Source: the human T2T-CHM13v2.0 reference genome, Homo sapiens. From it: 64,000 nucleotides of DNA. The stretch lies in NCBI RefSeq assembly GCF_009914755.1, contig NC_060947.1. One strand, given 5' to 3'. Position numbers and translations under genes: made by a program. Every line of letters begins with the position of its first letter. Position 1 is the first letter of the stretch. Shown here piece after piece: positions 1-25,300 of this stretch. Under the pieces are notes generated by a model. The model did not search any database. It was not told the DNA's origin and saw nothing but the letters and a program-made list of their open reading frames with translations.

Positions 1-2140
<2,140 letters not shown>

Positions 2141-2236
2141 GGAAATAGAATACAATCACCAACTTATACTACCACCAGAAGTGTATGCGGGTATCAGTCT
2201 CACAACAGTCTTTTTTTTTTTTTTTTTTTTTTTTGA

Positions 2237-2341
<105 letters not shown>

Positions 2342-2495
2342 TGAGTGGCTGGGACTACAGGCACGTGCCACCACACCTGGCTAATTTTTGATTACAGGCA
2401 TGAGCCACCGTGCCCTGGCTGCAACAGTCTTGATAACAGTGGGTAAACTAATTTTTCAATATTTGTTCAACTGTTAAGTTAAAAAAAAAAATTCA

Positions 2496-3008
<513 letters not shown>

Positions 3009-3108
3009 CTAGTCATTGTATTTTCTCTCTTGTGAATTTTCTGCTTCTGTCCTTTGTTCATTATTTCATTATTGGGTTATCGGTATATTTCTTTATAGAC
3101 TTGTATGA

Positions 3109-3273
<165 letters not shown>

Positions 3274-3583
3274 TGAGTAGCTGGGGTTATAGGCGCCTGC
3301 CACTACGCTCAGCTAATTTTTGTATTTTTAGTAGAGACGAGGTTTCACCATGTTGGCCAGGCTGGTCTTGCATTCTTAACCTCAGGTGATCTGCCCACCT
3401 CGGCCTCCCAAAGTGCTGGGATTACAGGTGTGAGTCACCACCGCACCTGGCCATAACTAATATTTTTTTCTTTTGTATGTATGTGAAATATTTTAAATCT
3501 AATGTAAGATAATTATTCCATCAAAACTCCAATCAAAACCTCATATCCCCTAATCTGTATAGGCAAGAAATAGGAAACATTAC

Positions 3584-3666
3584 CTTAAGTGATGCAAGAG
3601 GATGTTCTGGTCCCAAGAGGCTCCAGTGAAAAGCAGCCAGGTCCTCATCTGGGAGGATGTGGTTAC
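3584..3666 (-). CDS. FAM120C: FAM120C coding exon 3 (83 nt, (G)NHILPDEDLAAFHWSLLGPEHPLASLK)
   Basis: Read by hand, not in the ORF track. Acceptor tactttatAG|GTAAC at 3667/3666 and donor CTTAAG|GTAATG at 3584/3583. Completes the split Gly codon from exon 2, and the peptide matches the conserved FAM120A-type motif GNHILPDEDLA.FHWSLLGPEHPLASLK. Confidence 0.95.
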
Positions 3667-3819
3667 CTATAAAGTACATTTGTCATTCATTGACTGTACA
3701 AATGTTTTCTTAGAACCTCCAGGCCATGAAAGGGGTCCTGGGAGAGAAAATGATCAAATAATTCACATAGGTCTGTATTCTTAATGTAATACTTACAGTA
3801 GTTCTGTGTTGATCACTTA

Positions 3820-8790
<4,971 letters not shown>

Positions 8791-8795
8791 GCTAG

Positions 8796-9580
8796 CCAAT
8801 AAGCACATGACAAGCTGCTCAACATTATTAGTCATTATAGAAATGCCCATCAAAACCAAAATGAGACACCAGTTAGCACCCACTAGGATGGCTATAATCA
8901 AAAAATGGAAAATAATGAGTGTTGGCAAGGATGCAGAGAAACTGGAATCCTCGTAAATTGCTAGTGGGAATGAAAAATGGTGCAGTCACTTTGGAAAGTG
9001 GTCTCAGAGGTCCTGAAATGGTTAAACATAGTTATCTCATATGATCCAATGATTTCACTCCTAAGTATATACCCAAGAGAACTGAAAATCTATGTTCACA
9101 CAAAAACTTGTACATGAAAGTTCACAGCAGGCTTACTCATAATAGCCCAAAAGTGGAAATAACCCAAATGTCTATCAACTGATGAATGAACAAAATGTGG
9201 TATATCCATAAAAGGAAATATTATTTGGCAATAAAAAGGAATGAAGTGCGGATTTATGCTACAACATCAATGAACTTTGAAAACAGAATGCTAATGTGAA
9301 ACAAGCCAGACACAAAAAGCCATATATTGTATGACTTCTTTCATATGAGATGCCCAGAATAGGCAAATCCAAAGAGATGGAAAAATAAAATAGTAGTTGC
9401 CAGGGATTGTGGGGATGGGGAATAAGACTAGTACGTATTGGTTTACCCTTTGAGGTTATAAAAATCTTCTGGAATTAGTGGTGATAGCTGCACAATGCTA
9501 TGAATATACTAAAGACCATTAAATTGTATACTTTAAAATGTTGAATTTTATGGTATATGAGTTATACCTCGATTTTTAAA
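8796..9580 (+). mobile_element. L1M (L1MB-like) 3' end fragment
   Basis: ORF2 C-terminal/3'UTR motifs: cacccactaggatggctataatc, aacccaaatgtctatcaactgatgaatg, gaattttatggtatatgagttatacctc. Confidence 0.8.
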
Positions 9581-9704
9581 AATTGGAGCTAGGATTCAAA
9601 TTCAGCTCTGTTTACAAATCCCAAGCTCCCCTAAGGCTTTAAGAACTTTAATAACTTTTTATTATGGAAAATTTTAAATATACAAAGGTAATGAGACCCC
9701 ATGA

Positions 9705-9962
<258 letters not shown>

Positions 9963-10139
9963 TAGGCACATGCCACCAGGTCCGGCTAATTTTTGTATTT
10001 TTAGTAGAGACAGGGTTTCACCATGTTGGTCAGGCTGGTCTCGAACTCCTGGCCTCAGGTGATCCACCCGCCTCAGCCTCCCAAAGTGCTGGGATTAGAG
10101 GCGTGAGCCACCGTGCCTGGCCTTTTTATGGTATTTTAA

Positions 10140-10940
10140 TATTTTTTGTTGTGATTGAAAACCACATAAAATTTACCAACTTGACTATTTTTAAGTGTAC
10201 AGTTCAGCTGTGTTATGGATATTCACATTGTTATACAACGTATCTCCAGAATTTTTTCATCTTGCAAATCTGAAATTCTATATCCATTAAATAACAGCTC
10301 CCTTTTCTCCCTCCTCCTAGCTCTTGGTAACCACAATTCTATTTTCTGTCTCTATGAATTTGACTACTTTAGGTACCTCATATAAGCAGAATCATATGGA
10401 ATTTGTCCTTTTGTGACTGGCTTATTTCACTTAGCATAATGTCCTCAAGTGTTCATCCATATTGTAGCATGTGACAGGATTTCTTTCCTTTTTAAGGCTG
10501 AATAATATTCCATTGTATGCTATACATTTTGTTTATCCATTCATCCATCAACAGACATTTGGGTTGCTTCCAACTCTTGGCTACTGTGAATAGTACTGCT
10601 ATGAACATGGGTGTGCAAATATCTCTTAGAGATCCTGCTTTCAATTGTTTTAGATATATACTCAGAAGTGGAATTGCTGAATTATATGGTAGTTTTATTT
10701 TTAATATATTAAGGAACCTCCATACTGTTTTCCACAGCAGCTGCAGCATTTTACAATCCCACCAACAGTGCATAAGGGTTCCAATTTATCCACATCCTTG
10801 TCAACACTTATTTTTTTGTGTGTTTTTTTTAACAGTAGCCATCCTAATGAGTGTGAGGTAATATCTCATTGTGGTTTTGATTTGCATTTCTTGGAGGATT
10901 AGTGATGTTGAATATCTTTTCATAAGCTATTGACCATTCC
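10140..10940 (-). mobile_element. L1M (L1MB-like) 3' end fragment, opposite orientation
   Basis: ORF 10492..10773 gives [35 protein letters not shown], the L1 ORF2p C-terminus. Confidence 0.85.
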
Positions 10941-11269
10941 TGGCATATCTTAAAGCAAATTCCAGACATCAAATCACTTCACCCATAAATACTTCATTAT
11001 TTAACTCTCACAGTTAAAGTAACAAACACTACCATTATTACACCCAACAAAATTAACAATTTCTTAATATCATAATATCTAGTGCCTATTCTACTTTCTA
11101 TGATTGTCCCGAAAATGTCTTTCGATGGTTGCTTTGTTCAAATCAGGATTCAAACAGAATCCACATGCTGTATTTCGTTGATATGGCTTCTAAGGACCTT
11201 AATGTATAGCAGTTCCCCTTCCCTTTATTTATATGCCATTTATTTGTTTAAAAAATCCAGTTTTTAGAT

Positions 11270-12840
<1,571 letters not shown>

Positions 12841-13515
12841 ACATATTCAGGGAAAAAAAAAAGCAAACAATATGGCAGTGTGTAGAATGAAAACAGTCCT
12901 TTTACTCTCATTCCTTGGAAGTAATCGCTGTTCTAAGCCCCACCCCTGAAGAGTCTGATTCAGTAGGTCTAGGGTCAGGCTGGAAATCTGTTTTTTAACA
13001 AGAACCCCAGATGATTTCGTGATGAAGCAAGTTTAAAAAACACTTATCTAGTCAGATCACACAACATGGCAATTTATTCCTAGCAAAATACAATCTGCAT
13101 TCAATCCTGACAGGGCAAAGAGCCAACAATGACCGTCAGAATAGTGAGCACTCTGGCTCAATTTACACATTTATCATCACTGTTACCACCTGTAAGCGCC
13201 TGGCCCAAATTGGTCCAGTTTAGTCGTTAACCTTGCAATTTTCCAGGAGAGTAAAATGATTTAGGAGAGATTCAACTATAACATAACCAAACAACTGATC
13301 AGAGAAAACAGCACATTTGAGTTTTAAAGAAAGCGAGAGTTGAGATTCTGAACGACTATCTATAGCTTTTAATTGCTGGTTCACCATTCAGTTCAGTGAA
13401 TAGGGGTTGAGGGCCTACTAAGTGCCAGGATGCAGACAGCACAAAGCAAGACACTTAACTTGTGAGAAGTTATGGAGCACAGGGTACCATGGGAACACAG
13501 AGTAAAGGCACCTCA

Positions 13516-14207
<692 letters not shown>

Positions 14208-17200
14208 TAGAGACAGGTCTTGCTATGTTGCCCAGGCTGGTCTCAAACTCCTGGACAGAAGCAATCTTCTTACCTTGGCTTCTCAAACTGCTGGGATTAC
14301 AGGCATGAGCCACTGCACCTGGCCTGGTGTTCCTAACTTTCTCTTCAACCTGAGCTCATAGTCACCATTTTATGTATTATATACTGCGGCTCTTTCAGAA
14401 ATATTTGAAGAGTATTTGATATTAAAAACCACCAGAAGTATTATTCAGTAGAATGTAAGCTTCAAGAAGGCTGAGGATTTTAAAAATCTGTTTTGTTCAC
14501 TGCTGTCATCTCCAGTACATAGACCACTCACACGGAGTAGGCAACCAATGAACTGTTTCAACTTTCAACCAATAGGTACTGAACCAGGCACTAATATACG
14601 CCAGGCACCAATCTAGGTATGGAGACACAGCAGTAACAAGAGCCAAGAGTCTTTGACCTCATGGAACTAACTGTAGTGATTAACATTTCAAGATAGACAC
14701 TGGGCTAGGCATATTTCATTTATCCTTCTAACTCTGTAAAATGGGTATTAGATCATTCATCCCCCTCCCTCTCTTTTATTTAAACAGAGAAAACAGAAGC
14801 TTGGAAAACTTAAGTAACTTGCCCCAAATAACACAGCTAGCAATATGGCAGTACTTGGATTTGAACCAATTAGGTCTGACTTTAAAATAATGCTCTTTCA
14901 GGGCTGGACATGGTGGCTCATGCCTGTAATCCCAGCACTTTGTGAGGCAGAGGGAGAAGCAGGAGGATCGCCTGAGCCGAGGATTCCAGCCTGGGCAACA
15001 CAGTGAGATCCCATCTCTACCAAATATTGTTTAAAAAATTAGCCAGGCATGATCGTACATGCCTGTGGTCCCAGCTACTCAGGAGGCTAAGGTGGGAAGA
15101 TCGCTTGAGCCCAGGAGGTTGAGGCTGCAGTGAGCCGAGATCATGCACTGCACACCAATCTGAGCAACAGAGTGAGACCCTGTCTTTAAAAAAACAAATG
15201 GTCTTTCCATTAAGTACATTGTTTCTCAAATAAAGGAAACTGGAAAAGTGGGCATAATCTGAGATCAACTCACAAGTAATACAATAAACACAAGGGCATA
15301 AAAAAAATAACTAGATTGTAAGCCCATTAGTGGCAGAATTATGTTAGCACTCTGCCTGGACCATAAAAAGAGTGTAATAAATGCTTGTTAAAGTAACTTC
15401 AAACTAGAGGCAATACTGCTTTCTGACCTCTGCGGTACTTGACTTCCTCCAGCTTGTCCCATATTCCCTCAAGCCCCTCTACCATGCTAAATACACCAAA
15501 CTAGTGACTAACTTGGGCTGAGTTCTGTGGTCTATCTTCACTACCTGTTCTCACCAAGGCAAAAAGAAATCAGAGATAGTAAGGAAGTATCACCTTATAA
15601 GAAGATTCGAGGGCGGGATGGATTATGTATAAGTCTGGTTCAGCAATAGAAATATAGATGATTTACATTTCAACTGGAACTCTAACTACTAAATAATTAC
15701 AGACTGAAACTACTGTTGATGCAAATATGCATCACTACATTGTGGAGTTCACCAACCAACCATTAAGAGACCAGACTGATAATCACAAAGCTAAAGAATA
15801 ATGTATTAAAAGAATAGCAGCAATTAGGAACCACAGTTACTTCAAGGAAACATTGATAAAGTGGCCTTCCCTCTCAACTGTAGGAATTTCAATTATCTAC
15901 AGGCACATACGTGGTAGTCTTTGCCATGAAATACGGCAGTCAAGCTAGAGGTAGTAGAATACTGATCCAGTGTTCAGTACACACTATTAAGGTACTAATT
16001 TTAATTTGCGAGTACCCAATTTTAGTACTTTTTTCTCTTTTCTGAGATGGAGTTTTGCTCTTGTTGCCCAGGCTGGAGTGCAATGACGTGGTCTTGGCTC
16101 ACTGCAACCTCCACCTCTGGGTTCAAGCAATCCTCCTGCCTCAGCCTCCCAAAGTAGCTGGGATTACAGGCGCCCACCACCACGCCCAGCTAATTTTTGT
16201 ATTTCTAGTAGAGAGTTTCACCATGTTGGCCAGGCTGGTCTCGAACTCCTGACCTCAGGTGATCCATCCGCCTTGGCCTCCCCAAGTGCTAGGATTACAG
16301 GCGTGAGCTACCGTGCCCGGCCCAATTTTAGTACTCTTAATTACTCTTAGGCTGCCAGAAGCCAGCCCATTTCTGCAGATGAAATCTTCTGTCACATTTA
16401 AGAACAAAAGGGAAAACTTGGATTTTTAAAAAACCTGTTGTGTGTCAACCATGGGCTGGAAACTGTACTTTAGATACTAACTTTTGTTATCAGTATATAC
16501 AGCAGGAGCTTTGGCATCCAGTGAACCTATGATCAAAGTTTGTGGGGACAAGTCACTTAGCTTCTTCATCTGTAAAATGGAGATTTACTTAATTCATACC
16601 CAATTCTAAGACTTACAATTTATAATATAATAGCTGGCACAGACTGAAAAAGTAGCTATGAAAGTCTGTTTTGCAGAGATGAAGTCTGTGGTATGTACTA
16701 CTGCCTGAAGGTCCTCAGAAATAATTTGAGACAAGTAGATACCAGAATAGGCATTTGTTTAGCCCAAAGCAAATCTTCACGACTGAGAAGTCAGAGGTAT
16801 CATGAAAAGTATTCTTAGGAGAAAGAGAGCGAGAATCCAAGGGAACCTCTGGGTTACCTCAGAAAGGAGGACGGGAACTGCAGAGAAGACAATGATCACA
16901 AGAAATTTCTAAGTCTTTGAACTAGGGACTGGAAATGCTTACAGGGATGGGCAGCTAACATGAATGAAGGGGTTGAGTAAAGAAAAATTAACTTCCAAAA
17001 ATGTAATATTTGGCCAGGCATGGTGGGTAATCCTAGCACTTTGGGAGGCTGAGGCAGGAGGATTGCTTGAGGCCAGGAGTTTGAGATCAGCCTGGGCAAC
17101 CTAGCAAGACCCTGTCTCTAAAACAAACAAACAAAACAAAACCTTAAAAATTATCTGGGTGTGGGTGGCACATGCCAGTAGTCCTAGCTACTGGGGAGGC

Positions 17201-18557
17201 TGAGGTGGAAGGTTTGAGCCCAGGAGTTCAAGGTTATAGTGAGCCATGTTCACACCACTGCACTCCAACCTGGGCAACAGAGCAAGACCCTGTGTTTAAA
17301 AATAAAAAACACACACACAGAAATGTATTTTTATTTAAGCTGTGGGTGTTTATACATGCAAAATACTGGAGTTTACATTTTACATTAACGACATAAGTGA
17401 AAAACTAGAAAATTTATCATTACACTTTTTTTTTGTTTGTTTATTCTCCTTTGACTTGGAACTGGTGGCCTGACACATTTATGTGCCAAGAGGTCAATGT
17501 TAGGTCTTATATTTTTGTTACAACATGCAGTACAGAATTGAGCCTTGAATGCTTTCACTTCAAGTGACTAATTTGATCCTATTTCATAATGGAAAACAGC
17601 TGTTTAGAAATGTAGGCATTTCCAAACACAGAAGTTTGGCATAGTGTTTTTTATATTTCGGTAACTACTTCCGAGGTATTTGTAGAATTCGGCATTTCAA
17701 TGACATCATGCTTCATTTTCAGTACCATGGCACAGTAATTCTGAATCTCCATTGTAGCTCTTCTTTCATACTCTAAACACTGAGAAAGGCTAATTGAACA
17801 ATATTAGTTCATTTTCATCAAATATGTCAGAGAACCTTTTCTGGAATTCAACAGACAACTCCACAACTGTGGGAATGTAATTCAGGCCATCACTTTCAAT
17901 TCTTGGAAACCAATTTCAGCAAAGGAAAGTCAGCCAGTTTATCTCTTGCCAAATGAGTTTCCCAAAGGCATAATTTTGCTAGGAACAAGCAAGTACAACC
18001 ATACATTTGTGAAGGTATTTCTGAACAATGCTGTTTTTATTCATAGTGTCTAGATGAGTTGTAAAATCAACCAAACAAGCCAAATATTTTATTTCAATCT
18101 CTGCGGGTGTGGTGAATGCCCTTTGGATGCCAAATCATTTTTTTCAGCATCTTGAGTACCATGTTCAACTAAGCCAATCAACCTCCATGTCATAGGGCAG
18201 ATTTCCATAACATGCACCTAATAATTCACCAAGCAAAGTATTCAATTGTGGTGCAAACCACAATGTTAATTACTAGTTTCTGATCTGACTGATTCATTTT
18301 GAAGCTTTTAGCAGAAATAGCTTTAAGTTTAGGTCCCTGGAAAGTGTTTCTGCTTCAAATTGTTTCTTGGGTCCAACAGTTCTTAACACTATTGCAGAAG
18401 CACAATCTGTAGCCATACTTACTAATTTTGAACAATTGTTATTAAAAATCTCAAGACTTTTCTCATCACACAAAATCCAGGTATTTCCAGATGTACCTGT
18501 GATGAGTCCAAGAGTCAGGTTACATCAAATTCTTAACACATAAATCATACCTAAGTG

Positions 18558-18753
18558 CAGTGGCTCTCGAACTTCAGCATGTATCAGAATCAGCTGGAGG
18601 GCTTGTTGAAATGGATCCATAAGCTCCCCCACCTTTCCCGCCAGTTTCTGATTCTGTAGGTCCGATGGGGTAGGGGACTGAGAATGTGTATTTCCAACAT
18701 GTTTCCAGATGGTACAATGCTGTTGGTCTAGGACCATACTTTGAGAACCACTG
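18558..18753. mobile_element. MER5A hAT MITE
   Basis: Starts cagtggctctc, internal atcagaatcagctggagggcttg, ends ttgagaaccactg. Related MER5 pieces at ~7400-7920 (split by an Alu), ~12935-13050, 32180-33635 (split) and 35640-35900. Confidence 0.8.
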
Positions 18754-19157
18754 GCTACGTATACAGCTAAATGTATAGCTATGTGGATGGAGTTTTTAAT
18801 CTGTTGTAACCAGCTGCTATGTAAATCTCCAAAAATAATTTAACTTTTTGACTAAATCTGGCCCAAGAATGTTTAGCCATCGATGTTTGACATCCTGAAC
18901 AAAAGTATTTCCTACCTTTGCAAATGCTTGTTTATAACATAATTTCTGTTGTACTCAACAAACACTTTTATAAAACTACTGCTTAAAAAAGCTTTCAACC
19001 CCTGGCAGTTTTTTCATTTAATACATAATTGCCTTTTGTGGCATCACTTATTTTATCTGTATCTAGAAATATAGCCTGTTGAAATTCCAAGTACATTTTT
19101 AAGTTCTTTTCATTTCAGCATTCATCATTTTTGTATAATGATATTTCTTTTTTTTGA

Positions 19158-19316
<159 letters not shown>

Positions 19317-19372
19317 TAGTAGAGACAGGGTTTCTCCATGTTGGTCAGCCTGGTCTCGAACTTCCGACCTCA

Positions 19373-19462
<90 letters not shown>

Positions 19463-19745
19463 TTACTTTTAAATGGTATCTTAAATCGTAGTCTTTCAAC
19501 AGACACATTTTATTTAGACGTATATGAAAATTCATCAATTCCACAAAGAAATAGGCTCTCTCCTGTTCAAATACGTGAACTTCTTCCATAAAAAAGATTT
19601 TTTTCACTTTGCACAGATGTAGGAGAAATATTTCATATTCATCAAAAATATTATTTAAAAAGAACAAGCACAACAATCAATGGTGTTTCAGTTATCTATT
19701 TCTGTGTAACAAAGTAGCCCCCAAACTTAGTGGCTTAAAACAACA

Positions 19746-19751
19746 TTTATT
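19746..19751 (-). terminator. Poly(A) signal AATAAA of the MLT1 LTR (candidate intronic polyadenylation of FAM120C)
   Basis: tttatt on plus, at the expected 3' position of a minus-oriented MaLR LTR, followed on minus by the GT/T-rich tgttgttttaag. Confidence 0.6.
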
Positions 19752-20018
19752 ATCTCATAGTATCTGTAGGCATGGCTTAGCTGGGTCCTCTGGCTCAAGG
19801 TCTCCTACAGGCTTCAATCAAGGTGCCAGCCAGGGCTGCAGTCATCTCAAGGCTTGCCTGGGGAAGGATCCGCTTCCAAGCTCACTCACGTACGTGGCTG
19901 TTGGCAGCAATTCAGTTCCTTGCAGGCTGTAGTTGGACTGAGGGCCTCAGTTCCTCACTGAGTGTTGGTTGGAGGCTTCCCTCAGTTTCTTTTCCTGTGG
20001 GCCTCTCCATAGGGCAGC

Positions 20019-20036
20019 TCACAACATGGCAGCTTG
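20019..20036 (-). CDS. FAM120C: Candidate alternative terminal exon of FAM120C (coding part QAAML-stop) inside an MLT1 LTR
   Basis: Minus strand reads ctctctctttctctctggctcttcttgcttgatcactctgatgaAG|CAA GCT GCC ATG TTG TGA. Phase 0 fits exon 1, giving 238 aa. AATAAA follows at 19746-19751. Splicing is inferred, not shown. Confidence 0.6.
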   Translation of the reverse strand, partial: QAAML

Positions 20037-21294
20037 CTTCATCAGAGTGATCAAGCAAGAAGAGCCAGAGAGAAAGAGAGAGAGAGTGCAAACAAGATGG
20101 AAGTCACAGTTTTTTATAACCTAATCTTGGAAGTGACATCCCATCACTTTTGTTGTAGTCTGCTCATCAGAAGCAAGTCACTAGGTCCAGCCCACAAACG
20201 GGGGGGACAGGAGGAGATTACAAAAGGGTGTGAATACCAGGAGGTGGGACTCATTGGGAGCCACTGTAGAAGATGTCTACCATGAATGACAAGTGGCACT
20301 TCATCATTGTGGCAGGGAGACACCATGGAGCTGTAGAGACCAATAAATGAAGACCATGTGGTTCACCAAAAGGGGTCAACCAGTATTGCCAGAGGATCTG
20401 ATATTTCAGGAGTGGTTGGAAAGAGACTTTTTTGCAACATTTCTCAATTTTTAAAAGTTGGCAACAAATTCGAACTTGTTAAAAAAGAAGTGTATTCATA
20501 TAATGCAAGTTAAATGACAGCAGGAAATGATAATCATTCAATTCATTCAACTAGATGATGCCTTAATATTCAGTCCAAGTGCATTATTTGATTTCAGATC
20601 CTGGTGAACACTACTGATCAATGAAAATAAACGAAGTTCTTTCAAAAAGAAAAGGAAAAAAATGTGTGGGCCAATGCAAAAATACATGCATGGGCCACAT
20701 AAGGCCTACGGGCTGCCAGTTTGCCATCTTTGCCATAACCTTTGTAATTTCCTCATGTGATACAGATGAACGGGCAAGGGTTTTGCTTCTGGTATGCAAA
20801 TCCTGGTTTCTGCCACTTCTACTGGTTATGTCCCTGGGCCTAATGACAAGGGCCGGAGAAATGATCCTGGGGACTTATACCATAAGTATTTTCTTACTTG
20901 TCTCCTCTACTAGATAGACTATGAGCTCCTGGAAGGGTAGGGTACCATGCTTTGTACCCCTGACTTCAACACTCCTTATCTCACTTCCCTACTTCATTTT
21001 CTCCACAGCATTTCCTATGTCACAAAACATATTTTGCCTATTTATCTTGTTTGTTATTTTCTCCATTAGAATACAAGTTTCATGAGGTCAGAAATCTGTT
21101 TTATTCACTGCTGTATCCTCACAATCTTGAACTTTGCCTGGCACACAGGAGTCCAATACATTGGCTGAATAAATTAATTCCGTTGTTCATAGTACTTAGC
21201 ACAGTGTCTGGCACAGAACAGGTGCTCAAAAATATTAACTGAACTGAAAAGCATTGTCCTGATAAGAAAAATGGGGTAAAATTAGGCTAGATAA

Positions 21295-21734
<440 letters not shown>

Positions 21735-22103
21735 TAATGAGTACTTAGAAGAATAGGGATCTAAACCCAGGCAGTCTGGCTCCAAGGCCTGTGTTGTCAG
21801 CCATTATGCTACACAAACTAAATATAGGAAAAAATGTTCTAGAAAAAGTTATTAAAATATAACTATAAAAACGCAATTATACTGTTTTGAGATATGTTAA
21901 AGATGAAGGATTTTGGTGTCAAATATCTTTAGGTCCAAATCTTGGTCCAACCATGTTCTAGCAGTGTATCCTTGGGCCAGTAACTACACTGAGCCTGTTT
22001 TTTTGTTTTTTGGTTTTTGGCTATAAAAAGTAGAGATTTAGGCCAGGCGTGGTGGCTCACGCCTGTAATCCCAGCGCTTTGGGTGGCTGATGCAGGCAGA
22101 TCA

Positions 22104-22346
<243 letters not shown>

Positions 22347-25300
22347 TTAATCTGTCATAGGAGTAGAGGAAAAAATAGAGATTAATACCTCTCCTGTTGG
22401 GTGGTTGTGAGGATTAAATGAATATTGGTGAGGTACCTCGCCCATGTGGTAGCTATTATTACTACCATCAAAGGGGAATATATTCTATAAGTGCATTGCT
22501 AAGTAGCTACAAAACTTCTGAGTAAAAGGAGTTTGGCAATTCAGTTTGCAATCTGAGTTTATTTAGATGGAATTAACATATAACATTGTATAGCACTGAT
22601 TCTAAATTCTTCATCTGACCTGTAAAGCCCTCTGTAGTGATTCAGTCAGTAAAGGCAAATCAACCAATCTCTCTCACGGCAAACATTATTTTATATATGT
22701 CAAGTCCTAGAGCAAATCTCCGCCCTCTTAGAACTCATTTAAAAGAGAATTATGCGATATGAAAATACTATGAAAGAGAAAAAAATATGAGAGAGGTAAG
22801 AACAGAGTACTCTGGTAGTAAAGGGAAGGCTTCATCTACCACAGCTGACAGAGGCTGGCTAGGAAAGATTCTATAGGATAACTTTTGAGCAGGAATAAGG
22901 GGGAATTTGCTATGCAAAGGTCAAGATAAACATAAGAAAAATACTATGAGAGAGGACACGGTATGTCTAGGAAACTAAGAAAATATAGAATGGTTGGAAC
23001 AGGGGTGGCCAGAGGTGAGCACCAGGTAAGTCTGGAGAGAGTTTGGGATCAGATTGTGAAGGGCGCTGTCTGCCATGCTGAGAAGTTTGGACTCGGTAGG
23101 GTGGGCAAATACACCTTTGGGCATATAACAGAGTCAGCTTCTGTTTTCAGAATCGTGTCTCTGGCAGCAATATGGCAGATGGAGTCCGGAGAGTGTTATG
23201 GTAAAGGAACAAGTTGACACTGTCTTCCTGGTTCAGGTAAGAAATTTTGGCAGCCTGAACTAAAGCAATGGGGGTGGAAACAGACAGAAGTAGCTGGACT
23301 CAGGAGACATTTCTGACGTAGAACTCAAAGGATCCGATGACCAAGTAAATGTGGGAAGTGACAGGAGAGTGAAGAATTGAGGACTCCACAGCTTCTGGCT
23401 TGAAACTGATGAAAGACACCATTCATAGAAAAAGAGAGTACCAGAAGTGAAACAAGTTTTGGGGAAACATAATGAGTTCCATTTTGGGTATTTTTTAGTT
23501 TAAGTGACCTAAAAGACATCAAGTAGTAGAGAGCTGAAAAGATGTGTTGAAAGCTCATGAGAGAGGTCGAGGGTAGAGACAGAGCAATAGGAATCATCAG
23601 AATTTAATTAATACTTAAAGCCACAATAATGGATGAGATTGCTCAGGAAACAAAAGCAGAAGAATATGACTAGGACAGAAGCCTTGAGGGCACCAACATT
23701 TAAAGAAGCAGGCAGAAGAGGAATAAGGAAAAGAGAAGAAAGAACTAGAGGGTTACAAGGAGAATCAGAAGTGAGCTGAATTATGAAATCCAAGGAAGAT
23801 AGTTCAAGAATAGGATGGCTTGATATTAATGATCTTAAAGAGGACCAAGAAAGGCTAAGAATGGAAATGCATGTGGCAGCTTCAGAGTGGTGACATCAGA
23901 TATAAAGTAGCACTAGGCTAGGGAATGGGAATTAATACAATCTGCTTCTTTAAGAATAATGGTGAATAGGGAAGAAAGGAGATAAAGATAATGGCTCGAA
24001 GGAATTAGAAAATAAAGGGGAAGTTTTTGTTTTTCAAAGATTATTTGTGCATGCTGTAAGTGAAAGAAACCAGAGAGGCAGAGACTGAAACTGTAGAAAG
24101 GACAGGGATTACTACTTTTGAATTCCTATAACATCACTGTATGACTCACTTACTTGGCACTTAGCTTACACATTTGCCTTGTACTGGCAGTATTGTACAT
24201 TTAGCAATGCTGGCACAAACTAAGTGCTCAAAAAATCTACTTATGATTGTCTTCTATGCATATTGTCTAGCCAATAACAGTGTACGATCATACACAAGAA
24301 TGTATAAAATGAAGGAAACAGGATGGTGGGATTGTGTAAACTTTGAGCAATATAAACCTAGAACAATAATTTTTATCCACCACTTACTAGTACTTAGAAC
24401 AAAGAAAAATTATTTTACCTCTTGGTTACCTCAGTTACTCAACTGTAAAATGGGGAGAATACCATGCACCTTGCAAGCTCTTGAGGATTAAATGAGATAT
24501 TTTAAAAGCTTTTAATATACAACTTGTTGCCTAAGAAGTAATTATTATTTTGATTATTTTCCAACGACTAGAGCATCTAGAAAAGTCAATGACTTTTCAG
24601 AATGTCTATGACTAATGGTAAGTAAACAATCAGGAGGCATAGCAGCCATTGCTTTATCGTATTCTAGAGAACCAAAGCACAAAATGGTATCTGTTCTCAA
24701 AGTCTGGTTATTCATATGCCACCAACATGATTTCTGCCATATCCACGTACTGCAACTTAATAGCTTTCTTTAAATCAACTCATTTTATGTAATCATAATC
24801 ATTCTAAAAAAGTATAGCTGTGAAATGGTGAGTCTGATGTGCTGATCATTTTTTTCTAATTACACAGTAACCATTAAAACAAAGCATTCATTCCCTTAAT
24901 CACCCTAAATTATCTCCTGAATCACAATCTAAAACTGCTTTAGGTTGCTTTATTTCTGAGACCCTTAGGAAGCAATCAGGCAAGCAATTTGTGGGTTTAC
25001 TTAATTTTCCTTCTACTGATTATCATTTACAAAGCTTTGCAGAGCATATAAATGAAACCAACCAAATCAAAAAATTCATCCCAGCAATACACACTGGATC
25101 TTTTCATGGGAAGTCCGAAGTTGTCTAAAGCTAAACAGACAACCCAGCAATTTATCTATTATTTAATCCTTCCACCTCTACTTTCTGTATCACAAATGAA
25201 AATGAGACTGGGAATAAAGGCCCATCTTGTGGTCTAGCCTGAAGAACAAAACCAAAGAGGGGAGAGATACAGTAGTGGGTTTTGTTCTGAGGCACTGACA

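Larger units (their letters stand above)
19683..20283 (-). mobile_element. MaLR solo LTR (MLT1F-like)
   Basis: Plus strand gttatctatttctgtgtaacaaagtagcccccaaacttagtggcttaaaacaacatttattatctc...ccatcacttttg...gtctaccat is the reverse of an MLT1F-type LTR. Confidence 0.85.
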
